Notes under the pieces: model-generated
Databases searched by the model: none
Told to the model about the DNA's origin: nothing
The model's input: only the letters and a program-made list of their open reading frames with translations
Part shown: piece by piece, positions 1 through 10,897 of the stretch
Layout of the letters: each line of letters starts with the position of its first letter
Numbering within the stretch: position 1 is the stretch's first letter
Program-made: the position numbers and the translations under genes
From: Deferribacterales bacterium
Lineage (GTDB): Bacteria > Chrysiogenota > Deferribacteres > Deferribacterales > Geovibrionaceae
Direction: 5' to 3'
Assembly: GCA_050251945.1 (NCBI GenBank)
Contig: JBFWLW010000001.1
Span: 320,001 to 384,000, forward strand
DNA length: 64,000 bases

Positions 1-804
1 TTCGGTGCATGGGTTTGGTGGGAGTTCGGTCACGACAGCGGGTTTAATTATCTGACAGGCTTCGTTGTTGAAAAATCTCTCGCAATGGACAACATCTTTG
101 TTATAGCCATGATATTCGGTTATTTTAAAACCCCTGCAAAATATCAGCACAGAGTGCTTTTCTGGGGTATTCTTGGAGTCATAATCCTCCGTGGTATAAT
201 GATAGGTCTTGGTTCGGCACTCGTGAGCCGCTTTGAGTGGATTCTGTACATCTTCGCCCTCTTCCTTATATACACAGGTATCAAGATGCTTTTCAACAAG
301 GATACTGGTGACGACGACGACCTCTCTGACAATGCTATTCTGAAATTTCTGCGCAAACATCTCAGAATAACTGATCACCTTCACGGACACGATTTCTTTA
401 TTAAGGAACCGCATCCGGAGACCGGAAAACTCCATGTTTACTGTACGCCGCTTTTCGTGGCTCTGCTCATGGTCGAGTTTGCGGACGTTATCTTTGCCGT
501 TGACTCTGTTCCGGCGGTATTCACCATCACAACTGACCCCTATGTCGTTTATACAAGCAATATTTTTGCTATTCTCGGTCTGAGGGCGCTCTATTTTGCT
601 CTCGCCGCCATGATAAAACGTTTTTATTATCTCAAATACACTCTTTCCCTTGTTCTTGTGTTCATCGGATCAAAGATATTCATCGGCGAAGTCCTTGGCT
701 GGTATCATTTTTCCTCGCTCCAGTCGCTTTCGATAACAATACTTCTTCTGGTGTCCGGTGTTGTTTTCTCGCTCTGGAAAACGAAGAAAGAACCTACTGA
801 ATAA
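1..804 (+). CDS. TerC/Alx family membrane protein (5' end outside the window)
   Basis: Frame is open from base 1 (FGAWVWWEFG...EKSLAMDNIFV). TerC motifs DNIFV, QHRVLFWGILG and DVIFAVDSVPAV...VYTSNIFAILGLRALYF. Confidence 0.9.
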   Translation, partial: FGAWVWWEFGHDSGFNYLTGFVVEKSLAMDNIFVIAMIFGYFKTPAKYQHRVLFWGILGVIILRGIMIGLGSALVSRFEWILYIFALFLIYTGIKMLFNKDTGDDDDLSDNAILKFLRKHLRITDHLHGHDFFIKEPHPETGKLHVYCTPLFVALLMVEFADVIFAVDSVPAVFTITTDPYVVYTSNIFAILGLRALYFALAAMIKRFYYLKYTLSLVLVFIGSKIFIGEVLGWYHFSSLQSLSITILLLVSGVVFSLWKTKKEPTE

Positions 805-1252
805 AGGTTTCCGTACCTTTCAGTGTGAGCCATACTGTGGCGGCGTAACGGATGAATTTTCCGATAAGGACAAGCACGGAATATTTGATAAAGTACATTT
901 TAAAAAGCCCGCCGACAAGGCACAGCGGGTCACCTATGATCGGCACCCATGAGAAAAGAAGCGATATCGCGCCGTATTTGTTATAGATACGTTCGGCTTT
1001 TGCCCTGCTCTCATCGCTTATTTTTAGAATCTTTCGTATGGCGTAATCACTGCCGTAATATCCTATGGCGTATGTTGTGCAGGCACCCAGATAGTTGCCT
1101 GAAACAGCGCAAATGAGCAGCAGAACAGGGTTTAACCCCTTTATGACCAGCGCCACCAGAAGCCATTCCGAAGCGAGCGGAAGAGCTGTTGATGCGAGAA
1201 ACGCCAGCAGAAACATCGAAAAGTATCCGTATTGAAGCAGCCATTCATGCAT
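794..1252 (-). CDS. YqaA/DedA (SNARE-associated) family membrane protein
   Basis: FLASTALPLASE, GNYLGACTTY and LLFSWVPIIGDPLCLVGG motifs. Confidence 0.85.
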   Translation of the reverse strand: MHEWLLQYGYFSMFLLAFLASTALPLASEWLLVALVIKGLNPVLLLICAVSGNYLGACTTYAIGYYGSDYAIRKILKISDESRAKAERIYNKYGAISLLFSWVPIIGDPLCLVGGLFKMYFIKYSVLVLIGKFIRYAATVWLTLKGTETFIQ

Positions 1253-1279
1253 AAAGTCTTATACCACCGCCTTATCGTA

Positions 1280-1308
1280 TTGACTAGCAGCCATAGAAAT
1301 ACTATAAC
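1280..1308 (+). promoter_or_regulatory. Putative sigma-70 promoter for the HAD-mtaD-purB operon
   Basis: TTGACT-N17-TATAAC, 45 bp upstream of the HAD gene start. Confidence 0.5.
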
Positions 1309-1353
1309 TGAAAACCCAAAAATCCTACTTATTTAATAATTTCGGGGGAATTT

Positions 1354-1989
1354 ATGATCCTTGCAATATTTGATTTGGATGGAACTATTCTCGACACCCT
1401 TCAGGATATGCACGATTGTCTTGACGATACAATGAATCATTTTGGTCTTAAAAGATTTTCAATTGATGTGACAAGAAGTTTTGTTGGCGACGGCATCCGC
1501 AGGCTCGTAATCCGCGCCGCCGGGGAAGAAAATTTCAAAGATGAAATGGAAACCTATTTCCGCCAGCTTTATTCAGTCAGAATGACAGTTAATACCAAGG
1601 TAATAGATGGTTACAATGAAATATTCGAGTATCTGAAAAAGAATGATATAAAAACTGTTATTCTTTCTAATAAAATCGCCTCACTTACCGGTGAACTTGT
1701 GCAACATTACGGCATAGACAGGTATTTCGACAAATGGTACGGAGGCGACAGTTTCGGCGTTAAGAAACCCTCCCCTGTCCCGGTTGAGAGCATTGTAAAA
1801 GACTGCGGTGCCGAAAAATCCAATACTATAATGATAGGCGACAACCATACGGATATTGAATCGGGCTTCTATGCAGGGGTAAAAACTTGCTTTTGCACTT
1901 TCGGCTATGGTACTGTGAGTGAGGTCAAACCTGACTTTACGGTAAATAATCCGCACGAGATAATCAATATTCTGGAGGGTATGAAATGA
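1354..1989 (+). CDS. gph: HAD-family hydrolase, phosphoglycolate phosphatase-like
   Basis: FDLDGT, KKPSP and MIGD HAD motifs. Confidence 0.75.
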   Translation: MILAIFDLDGTILDTLQDMHDCLDDTMNHFGLKRFSIDVTRSFVGDGIRRLVIRAAGEENFKDEMETYFRQLYSVRMTVNTKVIDGYNEIFEYLKKNDIKTVILSNKIASLTGELVQHYGIDRYFDKWYGGDSFGVKKPSPVPVESIVKDCGAEKSNTIMIGDNHTDIESGFYAGVKTCFCTFGYGTVSEVKPDFTVNNPHEIINILEGMK

Positions 1990-3269
1990 CAAAAAAGGCG
2001 TACTATGCAGATTATGTCTATTATAACAACAAGATACACACCAATACACACCTTCTTGCAGAAAACGGCACAATATCCGGCATTGCAGAAATTCCGGCAG
2101 ACGATTATTCAATTGAAGTTTTTAGCAACTCCGCCATTTTCCCCGGACTTATAAATACTCACACTCACCTTCCGATGGGGCTTTTCAGAGGCATGGCGGA
2201 CGATCTGCCGCTGATGGAGTGGCTCCAGAACCATATATGGCCTGCAGAGGCAAAATGGCTCTCTCCTGAGTTTATTCAGGCGGCAAGCGACCTTGCAGCC
2301 ATTGAGATGATAAAAAGCGGCACAACCATTTCAAATGACATGTATTTTCTTTCAGACCACATAGCGTCTTCACTGAAAAAAAGCGGACTTAAAGGCATAA
2401 TCGGCGTAGGAGTTTTGGATTTCGCCACGAAATTCGGAACCGGAGCCGACGATTATATATCAAAAGCATCAGACCTTTATATGAAATATAAAAACGATGA
2501 GAACGTTACCGTTTCTCTTTGTCCCCACGCGCCCTATACGGTAGGTCCCGAAAACTACGTCAAATGCGTTGATTTTTGCGGAAAGCACGATCTGCTGCTG
2601 CACACGCACTTGATGGAGGCGGCTAACGAGTCAGCAGATTCAGTTGCCAAACACGGCAAAACCACCGTTCAGATCATGAATGAGACAGGAGCCTTTGATA
2701 TTAAAAGCATTTTTGCCCACTGTGTTCAGCTCAATGACGAAGAGATAGCAATAATGGGTGAAAAAAAGGTCAGCGTCGCGCACTGTATCCAAAGCAATAT
2801 GAAGCTTGCGAACGGCTTTGCACCTGTAAAAAAGATGATGGATGCCGGAATCAATGTGACTATAGGCACCGACGGAGCCGCCAGCAACAATGATCTCGAT
2901 ATGATAGACGAGATGCGCAGTGTCGCGCTGGTGCATAAAGGCGTTCTCAGAGATGCAACCGCCCTTTCCGCAGAAACAGTTCTGCATATGGCAACCACCG
3001 GCGGTGCAAATGCGCTTGGCATAGAAGGTACAGGCGAACTCAAAAAAGGAAACAAGGCTGATTTCATAGTGGTATCGTTCGACAGTCCGAAAACCACGCC
3101 TGTTTTCAATCCAGTTTCCCACCTCGTATATTCCGCTTCCGCATCAGACGTAACAGCTATGTATGTCAATGGCAAATGTCTGATGAAAGACAGAATTATT
3201 CAGACAATGGATGAAGACAAGATAAAATACAACGCCCGTCTCTGGGCGGATAAGATAATCAACGGTTAA
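1986..3269 (+). CDS. mtaD: 5'-methylthioadenosine/S-adenosylhomocysteine deaminase (amidohydrolase)
   Basis: PGLINTHTH, FRGMADDLPLMEWL, PHAPYT, HTHLME and GTDGAASNNDLDM. Confidence 0.8.
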   Translation: MTKKAYYADYVYYNNKIHTNTHLLAENGTISGIAEIPADDYSIEVFSNSAIFPGLINTHTHLPMGLFRGMADDLPLMEWLQNHIWPAEAKWLSPEFIQAASDLAAIEMIKSGTTISNDMYFLSDHIASSLKKSGLKGIIGVGVLDFATKFGTGADDYISKASDLYMKYKNDENVTVSLCPHAPYTVGPENYVKCVDFCGKHDLLLHTHLMEAANESADSVAKHGKTTVQIMNETGAFDIKSIFAHCVQLNDEEIAIMGEKKVSVAHCIQSNMKLANGFAPVKKMMDAGINVTIGTDGAASNNDLDMIDEMRSVALVHKGVLRDATALSAETVLHMATTGGANALGIEGTGELKKGNKADFIVVSFDSPKTTPVFNPVSHLVYSASASDVTAMYVNGKCLMKDRIIQTMDEDKIKYNARLWADKIING

Positions 3270-3278
3270 CAGAGGAGT

Positions 3279-4718
3279 ATGATGAAAGATTACAAAAGCT
3301 ATTCAAACCCGCTTCAGGAGAGATATGCCAGCACCGAGATGCTCTATCTCTTTTCACCGCACAAGAAATTCACCACATGGCGCAAGCTTTGGGTTGCTCT
3401 TGCAGAATCTGAAAAAGAACAGGGACTTAATATCACAGACGAGCAGATAGCCGAGCTGAAAGCCAATATCGAGAACATAGATTTCGAGTATGCCGCACAA
3501 ATGGAACGCAAATTCCGCCACGATGTAATGGCACACGTCCACACATACGGCGAGTGCTGTCCCAAGGCGATGCCAATTATTCACCTCGGCGCCACAAGCG
3601 CTTTTGTTGGCGACAATACTGACGTTATCGTCCTTAAAGAAGGACTTGAAATTGTCCGTAAAAAGATGGTCAACGTCATGGACAACATGAAGAAATTCGC
3701 TCTGAAATATAAGAACATGCCCACTCTCGGCTTCACACACTTTCAGCCGGCGCAGCTTACCACTGTCGGTAAGCGCGCATGCCTCTGGCTTCAGGATTTT
3801 GTTCTTGATTTTGAAGCACTTGAATTTGCTCATGAGAACCTTCGTTTCAGAGGTGTTAAAGGTACCACCGGAACGCAGGCGTCGTTCCTCCACCTTTTCA
3901 ACGGTGATCACGCAAAAGTACGCAAACTGGATGAAACCGTGTCCAAAAAAATGGGATTTGATAAGGTTTTGACCATCACCGGTCAGACATACACCCGCAA
4001 GCAGGATACAAGAGTTCTTACAGTCCTTGCCGGAATAGCCGAAACCGCACACAAAATGGCGACCGACCTGCGTCTGCTCGCCAACCTTAAAGAGATCGAG
4101 GAACCTTTTGAAAAAAATCAGATAGGTTCAAGCGCCATGGCATACAAACGCAACCCCATGAGAAGCGAGCGTGTATGCTCCCTCTCCCGCCATGTAATAG
4201 CTCTCAGCATGAACCCATATATGACCCACGCTACGCAGTGGTTTGAGAGGACTCTGGACGATTCCGCAAACAGACGCATCGGCATATCCGAGGCGTTTCT
4301 TGCCATAGACGCAATCCTGGAACTGCTTTACAACATCACTGACGGCATGATTGTTTATGAAAAAATGATCACCAAACGCGTTATGGAAGAACTTCCCTTC
4401 ATGGCGACAGAAAACATAATCATGGAATCTGTCAAACGCGGTGCCGACAGACAGGTTATGCACGAGGTTATACGTGTAAACTCCATGGAAGCCGGCAAAC
4501 GCGTCAAGATGGAGGGCAAGGACAACGACCTTCTCGACAGACTGGCGGCGGACAAAGAAGTGCCTCTGAACAAAGAGGAGATAATGGCTCTGCTCGACCC
4601 TATTAAATTCGTCGGGCGCGCACCGGAACAGGTTGACCAGTTCCTCGGCGAAGAGGTCACTCCCGTCATTGAAAAATATGAAAAACTTCTCGGTATGGAT
4701 GTAGATATCAAAGTTTAG
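3279..4718 (+). CDS. purB: Adenylosuccinate lyase
   Basis: [22 protein letters not shown] and the [14 protein letters not shown] fumarase-superfamily signature. Confidence 0.95.
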   Translation: MMKDYKSYSNPLQERYASTEMLYLFSPHKKFTTWRKLWVALAESEKEQGLNITDEQIAELKANIENIDFEYAAQMERKFRHDVMAHVHTYGECCPKAMPIIHLGATSAFVGDNTDVIVLKEGLEIVRKKMVNVMDNMKKFALKYKNMPTLGFTHFQPAQLTTVGKRACLWLQDFVLDFEALEFAHENLRFRGVKGTTGTQASFLHLFNGDHAKVRKLDETVSKKMGFDKVLTITGQTYTRKQDTRVLTVLAGIAETAHKMATDLRLLANLKEIEEPFEKNQIGSSAMAYKRNPMRSERVCSLSRHVIALSMNPYMTHATQWFERTLDDSANRRIGISEAFLAIDAILELLYNITDGMIVYEKMITKRVMEELPFMATENIIMESVKRGADRQVMHEVIRVNSMEAGKRVKMEGKDNDLLDRLAADKEVPLNKEEIMALLDPIKFVGRAPEQVDQFLGEEVTPVIEKYEKLLGMDVDIKV

Positions 4719-4749
4719 AAACAAAACGGGCGGGTTTGAAACCCGCCCT

Positions 4750-4890
4750 CAAACTGATGACAAAGTCAGTAAAATGCGAGATCGCGTCGTCGCATGCGCT
4801 CCTCGCGAAGACAAAAAAACGTCTCTGCGAGGGTTTTAACCCGAAGCAGTCTAATGTGAGTCTGTGTAAATTTAGTTTGTCAACAACCTG
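4750..4890 (+). mobile_element. MITE-like repeat, copy 1 (141 bp), between duplicated terminator-like palindromes 4727-4749 and 4891-4913
   Basis: Imperfect terminal IRs CAAACTGATGACAAA / TTTGTCAACAACCTG. Near-identical to the copy at 15954-16093. Flanking 23-bp direct repeats match at 20/23. Confidence 0.85.
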
Positions 4891-4917
4891 CGGGCGGGTT
4901 TTTAACCCACCCTCTTT

Positions 4918-5838
4918 TTATCTGCTTAAATCAACAGTTCCCGTAAGTTCGCTGAAATTCGATATATTGTTATCAGCCATATACTTATCAAGGTCATCTA
5001 TTATCTTTAACGGTATTTCCGGATCAATGAAATTCGCCGTACCAACCTGAACGGCAGACGCACCCACAAGCCCGAATTCCACAACATCACGCCAGTCTAT
5101 TATCCCGCCGATACCCATGATAGGGATATTTACAGTGCGGAACGCCTCGTGCACCATGCGGATGGCAACAGGCTTGATGGCAGGACCTGAAAGTCCGCCT
5201 GTCACGTTGTAAAGATGAGGTTTTTTCGTGTGTATGTTCACGGACATGCCCAGAAGAGTGTTTATTGCGCTGATAGCATCCGCCCCCGCCTGTTCGCAGG
5301 CTTTTGCGTAAACCCTTATGTTTGTTACGTTTGGTGACAGTTTCACCATAAGCGGTTTATTTTTAAGAGCTTTTTTGACGTTATAAGTAACTTCATAGGT
5401 CATTTTCGGGTCTGTACCGAACGCGATGCCGCCCTCTTTTATGTTAGGACATGAGATGTTCATCTCAAGCATATCAACGTCGGCATCGTCGAGGATGCGG
5501 GCAACTTCCACATATTCATCAATGGTTTTGCCCCAGAAATTGACAATTATCTTAGTGTCATACTTTCTCAGTTCAGGCAGTTTTTCATGAACGAATTTAT
5601 ATACCCCGACGTTTTGAAGCCCGATGGCATTCAGCATACCGGATGTGGTCTCCATTATGCGCGGCATGGGGTTTCCCACAGTTTCGCGCAGGGATATCCC
5701 TTTGACGGAAATTCCGCCTAACTTACTTATATCTATATGTTTCGCATACTCCAGACCATAGCCGAAAGTTCCGCTGGCAGTTATCACAGGGTTCTTGAAT
5801 TCTATTCCGCAAAAGACGGTTTTAAGTCTGTCAGACAT
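4918..5838 (-). CDS. pyrD: Dihydroorotate dehydrogenase 1B, catalytic subunit
   Basis: ASGTFGYG, NAIGLQN, NISCPN, KLSPN and GGLSGPAIKP. Confidence 0.95.
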   Translation of the reverse strand: MSDRLKTVFCGIEFKNPVITASGTFGYGLEYAKHIDISKLGGISVKGISLRETVGNPMPRIMETTSGMLNAIGLQNVGVYKFVHEKLPELRKYDTKIIVNFWGKTIDEYVEVARILDDADVDMLEMNISCPNIKEGGIAFGTDPKMTYEVTYNVKKALKNKPLMVKLSPNVTNIRVYAKACEQAGADAISAINTLLGMSVNIHTKKPHLYNVTGGLSGPAIKPVAIRMVHEAFRTVNIPIMGIGGIIDWRDVVEFGLVGASAVQVGTANFIDPEIPLKIIDDLDKYMADNNISNFSELTGTVDLSR

Positions 5839-5853
5839 AAAATATTCTCCAGA

Positions 5854-6633
5854 TCAGATTAGTTTGTCCCATGCTATCGTGGCGCCGTCAAATACGGGAC
5901 CTTCCACGCAGCAGCGCTTCTGCACTATTTCGCCGCCCTCTTTCACATAGATGATACAGCCAAGGCAGGCACCCAGACCGCATGCCATGCGTTCGTCAAG
6001 CGAAACCTCGACAGGAATATCGGCATTAACGCATATTTCGCTGACTGTCTGCAGCATCGGTTTTGGTCCGCAAGTGTATACCATGTCGTATGTTTCAACA
6101 TTTTCTTTGAATGGCAGAGTAACGTAGCCTTTAATTCCGGCAGAGCCGTCATCGGTTGTTACTATGAGATGGTCGGTGTTCTCTTTCAGTTCTTCAAGAA
6201 GCACAACGTCGTCAACAGTGCGCCCGCCGTAATACAGGTCAACCACACATCCGCGGTTTTTCAGTGTTTTGGCCAGCCAGTAAACGGGGGCTATGCCTAT
6301 ACCGCCTGCAACAAGAGCCACCCGTTTGTTTTCAAGCAGGGTGAAACGGTTGCCAAGGGGCGCGGAAAACTCTATCATACCGCTTTCGTGGAATTCACTG
6401 AGCAGCTTTGTTCCTTTGCCCACAACCATATACACAAGACTGAACTTGCCGTCTTTAACATCGGCAATGCCCAGAGGTCTGCGCAGAAGCGGGTCGTGAG
6501 TATAGTTCTGGCTGCCCGGTTTTATCATAACAAACTGACCGACGTGAGCCTGTGTAACAAACTCCTCGGATTTTATCTCAAGGAAAAAGTATTTGTCATT
6601 AAGCTGCTGGTTTTTAACGACCTTCCCTTTCAT
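5854..6633 (-). CDS. pyrK: Dihydroorotate dehydrogenase electron transfer subunit
   Basis: LRRP, GGIGIAP, CGPKPM and the MACGLGACLGC...C 2Fe-2S motif. Start moved to the ATG directly after the carB stop. Confidence 0.9.
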   Translation of the reverse strand: MKGKVVKNQQLNDKYFFLEIKSEEFVTQAHVGQFVMIKPGSQNYTHDPLLRRPLGIADVKDGKFSLVYMVVGKGTKLLSEFHESGMIEFSAPLGNRFTLLENKRVALVAGGIGIAPVYWLAKTLKNRGCVVDLYYGGRTVDDVVLLEELKENTDHLIVTTDDGSAGIKGYVTLPFKENVETYDMVYTCGPKPMLQTVSEICVNADIPVEVSLDERMACGLGACLGCIIYVKEGGEIVQKRCCVEGPVFDGATIAWDKLI

Positions 6634-6635
6634 TT

Positions 6636-9600
6636 TCAGCCTCTTTTGTAATATTCCTGAATGGGTGTGACTGTGAGTCCCTTCTGTCCTGCGGCGATGG
6701 CAACCATACACGCTTTCGCGGCCTCAACAGTTGTAACGTAAGGAACGCTGTAGCTCAGCATTGTCCTTCTGATGGATTCGCTGTCCAGTCTGGATTTTTT
6801 ACCCTCAGGGATATTGATAACAAAGGCTATTTCACCGTTCTTTATCTTGTCAACAACGTTGGGTCTTATGCCTTCGTGTACTTTTGCAAGTTTTTCGACC
6901 TCAAGCCCGTTCTCCCGCAGGAAGTTGTATGTTCCCGATGTTGAAACCAGTCTGAAGCCCGTTTTAACAAGTTCTCTGGCAACGCCGAGGATCTCAGATT
7001 TAACGGAATCCTTAACGCTGATAAATACATTACCGCTTTTAGGCAGTTTGTTGCCTGCGGCTATCTGTGCTTTGTAAAATGCGCTTCCGAAGTGCGAGTC
7101 GATACCCATTACTTCACCTGTGGATTTCATCTCCGGTCCAAGAACAAGGTCAGTTCCGGGGAATTTTACAAACGGGAACACAGATTCTTTCACGGTGAAG
7201 TAGTTGATATCCACCTCTTTGGTGAATCCGAGGTCTTTCAGTTTTGCACCTGCCATGACTTTTGCCGCCATTTTCGCAAGCGGGATACCTATTGTCTTGC
7301 TGACATAGGGAATTGTTCTTGATGCTCTGGGATTGACCTCAAGCATGTATATCTCTTCGTCTTTGATGGCATACTGGATGTTCATCAGACCGATGACTTT
7401 AAGCTCTTTGGCGATATTTCTGGTATGCTCAAGCAGTTGCGCGCGCGCAGAATCGCTTATGGTTCTGGACGGGATGGAACATGCGGAGTCGCCGGAGTGA
7501 ACGCCCGCTTCCTCGATATGCTGCATGATGGAACCTATCACAGTTATCTCGCCGTCGCTGATGGAGTCAACGTCCACCTCAGTTGCGTGCTGGAGATATT
7601 TGTCTATGAGAACGGGGTGTTCCTCGCTCGCCTTGACCGCGTACACCATATAGTTCTGGAGTGATTCGGTATCGTAAACTATCTCCATCGCGCGTCCGCC
7701 GAGAACGTATGAAGGGCGGACAACAACGGGATACCCTATTTCTTCAGCTATTCTGAACGCATCTTCCGCGTTCTTTGCGATGCCGTTGGGCGGCTGTTTG
7801 ATATTCAGTCTGGTTATCAGGTCTTTGAAACGCTCCCTGTCCTCTGCTATATCAATGCTGTCGGGTGATGTTCCAAGAATCGGCACACCTGCCTTTTCAA
7901 GCGGCACAGCCAGTTTAAGTGGCGTCTGACCGCCGAACTGCACGATAACGCCGAAAGGTTTTTCTTTATCAACAATGTTTAACACATGCTCTCTTGTAAG
8001 GGGTTCAAAATAGAGCCTGTCGGAAGTGTCGTAGTCTGTGGAAACGGTTTCAGGGTTACAGTTGACCATGATGGTCTCAAATCCCATCTCTTCCAGTGCG
8101 AAAGATGCATGAACACAACAGTAGTCAAACTCGATACCCTGACCGATACGGTTGGGACCGCCGCCGAGGATCATTATCTTTTTCCTGTCAGTGGGTTCCG
8201 CTTCACACTCTTTTTCATAGGTGCTGTACAGATATGGAGTGAAAGATTCAAATTCAGCGCCGCACGTATCCACGCGTTTATAGACCGCTTTGCCTCTTGT
8301 TTTCTCCCAAACATCAAGTTCTGTACAATTCATGAGTTTTGCCAGTCGTTTATCACTGAAACCCAGTTGTTTTGCTTTAAGAAACATTGCATCATCTATT
8401 GATGATATTGATATTTTTTTAAGTTCAGATTCAAAATCTATTATCTGTTTGATGTTGTCAAGGAACCACGGATCAATGAAGCAGAGTTCGTGAACTTCTT
8501 CAACTGAAAATCCGGCTCTGAAAGCCTCTCCGACATACCATAAGCGTTCAGCCGTGGGGCGTCTGAGGAGTGCTTTTATCTGCTCAAGAGCGGCTTCGGT
8601 CTTGCGTTCTTCATCGCTGAAAACCTCGTCAAAACCGGATTTACCTATCTCAAGCGAACTGATAGCCTTCTGGATGGATTCTTTGAAGGTTCTGCCGATA
8701 GCCATAGCTTCGCCCACGGATTTCATCTGAGTTGTCAGTGTGTTGTCCGCGCCGGGAAACTTCTCGAAAGTGAATCTGGGGTACTTGGTAACACAATAAT
8801 CTATCGTGGGTTCAAAAGATGCGGGAGTCTTAAGGGTAATATCGTTTTTAAGTTCGTCCAGAGTGTAGCCCACGGCGAGCTTCGCCGCTATTTTTGCTAT
8901 GGGAAAGCCTGTTGCTTTCGACGCCAGCGCCGAGCTTCTGGAGACTCTGGGGTTCATCTCAATGATGATCTGTTTGCCTGTCTTGGGGTCAACGGCAAAC
9001 TGCACGTTTGAACCGCCGGTATCAACGCCTATTTCGCGGATAACTGCGATGGCGGCGTTACGCATTATCTGATATTCTTTGTCGGTGAGCGTCTGTGCGG
9101 GAGCGACCGTTATACTGTCGCCAGTGTGTACGCCCATTGCGTCTATATTTTCGATGGAGCAGATGATAACGACGTTGTCGTTAAGGTCGCGCATGACCTC
9201 AAGCTCGTACTCTTTCCAGCCGAGAACGGATTCCTCCACCAGAATTTCTGTAACAGGTGAGGCTTCAAGTCCCCACTCCACATATTCTTTATACTCTTCC
9301 ATGTTATAGGCAACGTTTCCGCCTGTTCCGCCAAGCGTGAACGAGGGGCGGATGATGGCGGGGAAACCGATTTTGTCAATACAGTCAAGTGCATCCTGAT
9401 ATGTATTGACGACGTAACTTTCGGGCAGTGTCAGCCCAATCTTTTTCATTGCCTGTTTGAACAGTTCTCTGTCTTCCGCCTTGTCGATGGCATCAATTTT
9501 AGCGCCTATGAGTTCGACATTATATTTTTCAAGAACTCCGGCGCTGTGAAGGTCTTTCGCAAGGTTAAGCGCAGTCTGTCCGCCGACAGTGGGGAGTATT

Positions 9601-9854
9601 GCGTCCGGGCGCTCCTTCGCGATAACTTTTTCAGCCATCTCAACGTTAAGGGGTTCGATGTATGTAGCATCGGCTATTTCGGGGTCTGTCATGATGGTAG
9701 CAGGGTTGGAATTGATTAGGATAACCCTGTAACCCTCTTCTTTCAGTGCTTTAACAGCCTGAGTTCCCGAATAGTCAAATTCGCACGCCTGTCCGATGAC
9801 GATAGGTCCGGAACCTATTATCATGATAGACTTAATGTCTGTTCTCTTAGCCAA
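6636..9854 (-). CDS. carB: Carbamoyl-phosphate synthase large subunit
   Basis: [17 protein letters not shown], duplicated ATP-grasp halves and a C-terminal MGS domain. 1072 aa, TTG start. Confidence 0.97.
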   Translation of the reverse strand: MAKRTDIKSIMIIGSGPIVIGQACEFDYSGTQAVKALKEEGYRVILINSNPATIMTDPEIADATYIEPLNVEMAEKVIAKERPDAILPTVGGQTALNLAKDLHSAGVLEKYNVELIGAKIDAIDKAEDRELFKQAMKKIGLTLPESYVVNTYQDALDCIDKIGFPAIIRPSFTLGGTGGNVAYNMEEYKEYVEWGLEASPVTEILVEESVLGWKEYELEVMRDLNDNVVIICSIENIDAMGVHTGDSITVAPAQTLTDKEYQIMRNAAIAVIREIGVDTGGSNVQFAVDPKTGKQIIIEMNPRVSRSSALASKATGFPIAKIAAKLAVGYTLDELKNDITLKTPASFEPTIDYCVTKYPRFTFEKFPGADNTLTTQMKSVGEAMAIGRTFKESIQKAISSLEIGKSGFDEVFSDEERKTEAALEQIKALLRRPTAERLWYVGEAFRAGFSVEEVHELCFIDPWFLDNIKQIIDFESELKKISISSIDDAMFLKAKQLGFSDKRLAKLMNCTELDVWEKTRGKAVYKRVDTCGAEFESFTPYLYSTYEKECEAEPTDRKKIMILGGGPNRIGQGIEFDYCCVHASFALEEMGFETIMVNCNPETVSTDYDTSDRLYFEPLTREHVLNIVDKEKPFGVIVQFGGQTPLKLAVPLEKAGVPILGTSPDSIDIAEDRERFKDLITRLNIKQPPNGIAKNAEDAFRIAEEIGYPVVVRPSYVLGGRAMEIVYDTESLQNYMVYAVKASEEHPVLIDKYLQHATEVDVDSISDGEITVIGSIMQHIEEAGVHSGDSACSIPSRTISDSARAQLLEHTRNIAKELKVIGLMNIQYAIKDEEIYMLEVNPRASRTIPYVSKTIGIPLAKMAAKVMAGAKLKDLGFTKEVDINYFTVKESVFPFVKFPGTDLVLGPEMKSTGEVMGIDSHFGSAFYKAQIAAGNKLPKSGNVFISVKDSVKSEILGVARELVKTGFRLVSTSGTYNFLRENGLEVEKLAKVHEGIRPNVVDKIKNGEIAFVINIPEGKKSRLDSESIRRTMLSYSVPYVTTVEAAKACMVAIAAGQKGLTVTPIQEYYKRG

Positions 9855-9947
9855 AATATCCTCCGATGAACCGCTATGGGCAAAACTTCAATTTTCTATC
9901 AGATTTCGACCGTTTTTACAAGGTTATTGTGCGCGCGTGGCATTAAT

Positions 9948-10229
9948 TTATGCATTGCTCTCCTGAGGATTGTTTTTTACCTTTTTAACTTTCACAGGTT
10001 CTTCGTCCGTAAAGGGGGTTACGAGATACAGTTCTTCGACCTTAGCCCTTGCCCATGGCGTCTGGCGCAGAAATTTAAGGCACGACGGCACCGATTGATT
10101 TTTGATAAAGCATTTGATGGTGATAAGCTCGCCGAGTTTTTCCCAGCCGTAGTGCTTTGCAAGTCTGTTGACTATCATTTCCAGCGTGATTCCATGAAAC
10201 GGGTCTTTGTTTTTCAAGTTTTCAGTCAT
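9948..10229 (-). CDS. VF530/DUF2132 family small DNA-binding-like protein
   Basis: DPFHGITLE, YGWEKL and SCLKFLRQTPWARAKVEELY. Confidence 0.8.
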   Translation of the reverse strand: MTENLKNKDPFHGITLEMIVNRLAKHYGWEKLGELITIKCFIKNQSVPSCLKFLRQTPWARAKVEELYLVTPFTDEEPVKVKKVKNNPQESNA

Positions 10230-10249
10230 ATTAATCCTTTATGTTATTC

Positions 10250-10279
10250 AAAAAAAAGCCCTGAATTAACAGGGCTTTT
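10250..10279 (-). terminator. Rho-independent terminator
   Basis: AAAAGCCCTG-loop-CAGGGCTTTT hairpin, with a long U tract on the minus strand. Confidence 0.75.
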
Positions 10280-10282
10280 AAG

Positions 10283-10819
10283 TTAAGCGTATTTTTCAAG
10301 AAGAAACATACACGACATTTTTAAGGGATCCGTCAGTGCATGATGTTTTCCGGTCGTATCCTCTTTGACCATAACAGATATCTGATGCATGGAAATTCCT
10401 GTCAGTTCAGAGAGAGTTGAAAGCCCTACGTTAGCTTTTTTAAGCTCGTCCAGAAGCTCTTTCAACGGTGTAGTTTTCACAAAAAACTGTATTTCATTTG
10501 TGGATTGAAGCTTTTTTCTGTCTAATTTTGTTTTGCTGGCAAAGACCCAAGGAGTATAGATGTAGGTCAGACCCAAAGCGGCGGCGTGTTTACAGAAAAG
10601 CTCTTTCGAGTTTTCGCAACAGCATTTATAGCCGATGGGATCGCTCCCGACATCAAGGGTCACCTCATAATCCCCATGATTCCCTTTGATCGTGCCTTTG
10701 ATAACGGAACCGTCAACTGAACAGTTATGGAATTTCCCGACATAATTCTCCGCTCTCTGCAAATTAATGCCGGAGCAGATGTTTTTGAGCTGTTCTTCCG
10801 TCAGTTTGATTAGCTGCAT
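10283..10819 (-). CDS. SWIM zinc-finger domain protein with possible C-terminal HTH
   Basis: CCC...FCKHAAAL SWIM pattern. AGGAGG RBS in front of MQLIK. Confidence 0.7.
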   Translation of the reverse strand: MQLIKLTEEQLKNICSGINLQRAENYVGKFHNCSVDGSVIKGTIKGNHGDYEVTLDVGSDPIGYKCCCENSKELFCKHAAALGLTYIYTPWVFASKTKLDRKKLQSTNEIQFFVKTTPLKELLDELKKANVGLSTLSELTGISMHQISVMVKEDTTGKHHALTDPLKMSCMFLLEKYA

Positions 10820-10897
10820 CGGGGTTGCCTCCTCTAAAGTTGATGTATATATCAATTAAACCTCACAATAACATATAAAGCAAATATAATTGCACCT

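Noticed and set aside
4736..5050. 104-aa plus-strand ORF, and the similar minus-strand ORF at 41001-41345
   Set aside because: Both are read-throughs of the MITE-like repeat into the antisense of pyrD or leuB. No transposase motifs.
6636..9854. carB without adjacent carA
   Set aside because: Separation of carA and carB is common, and carA may lie outside the window.
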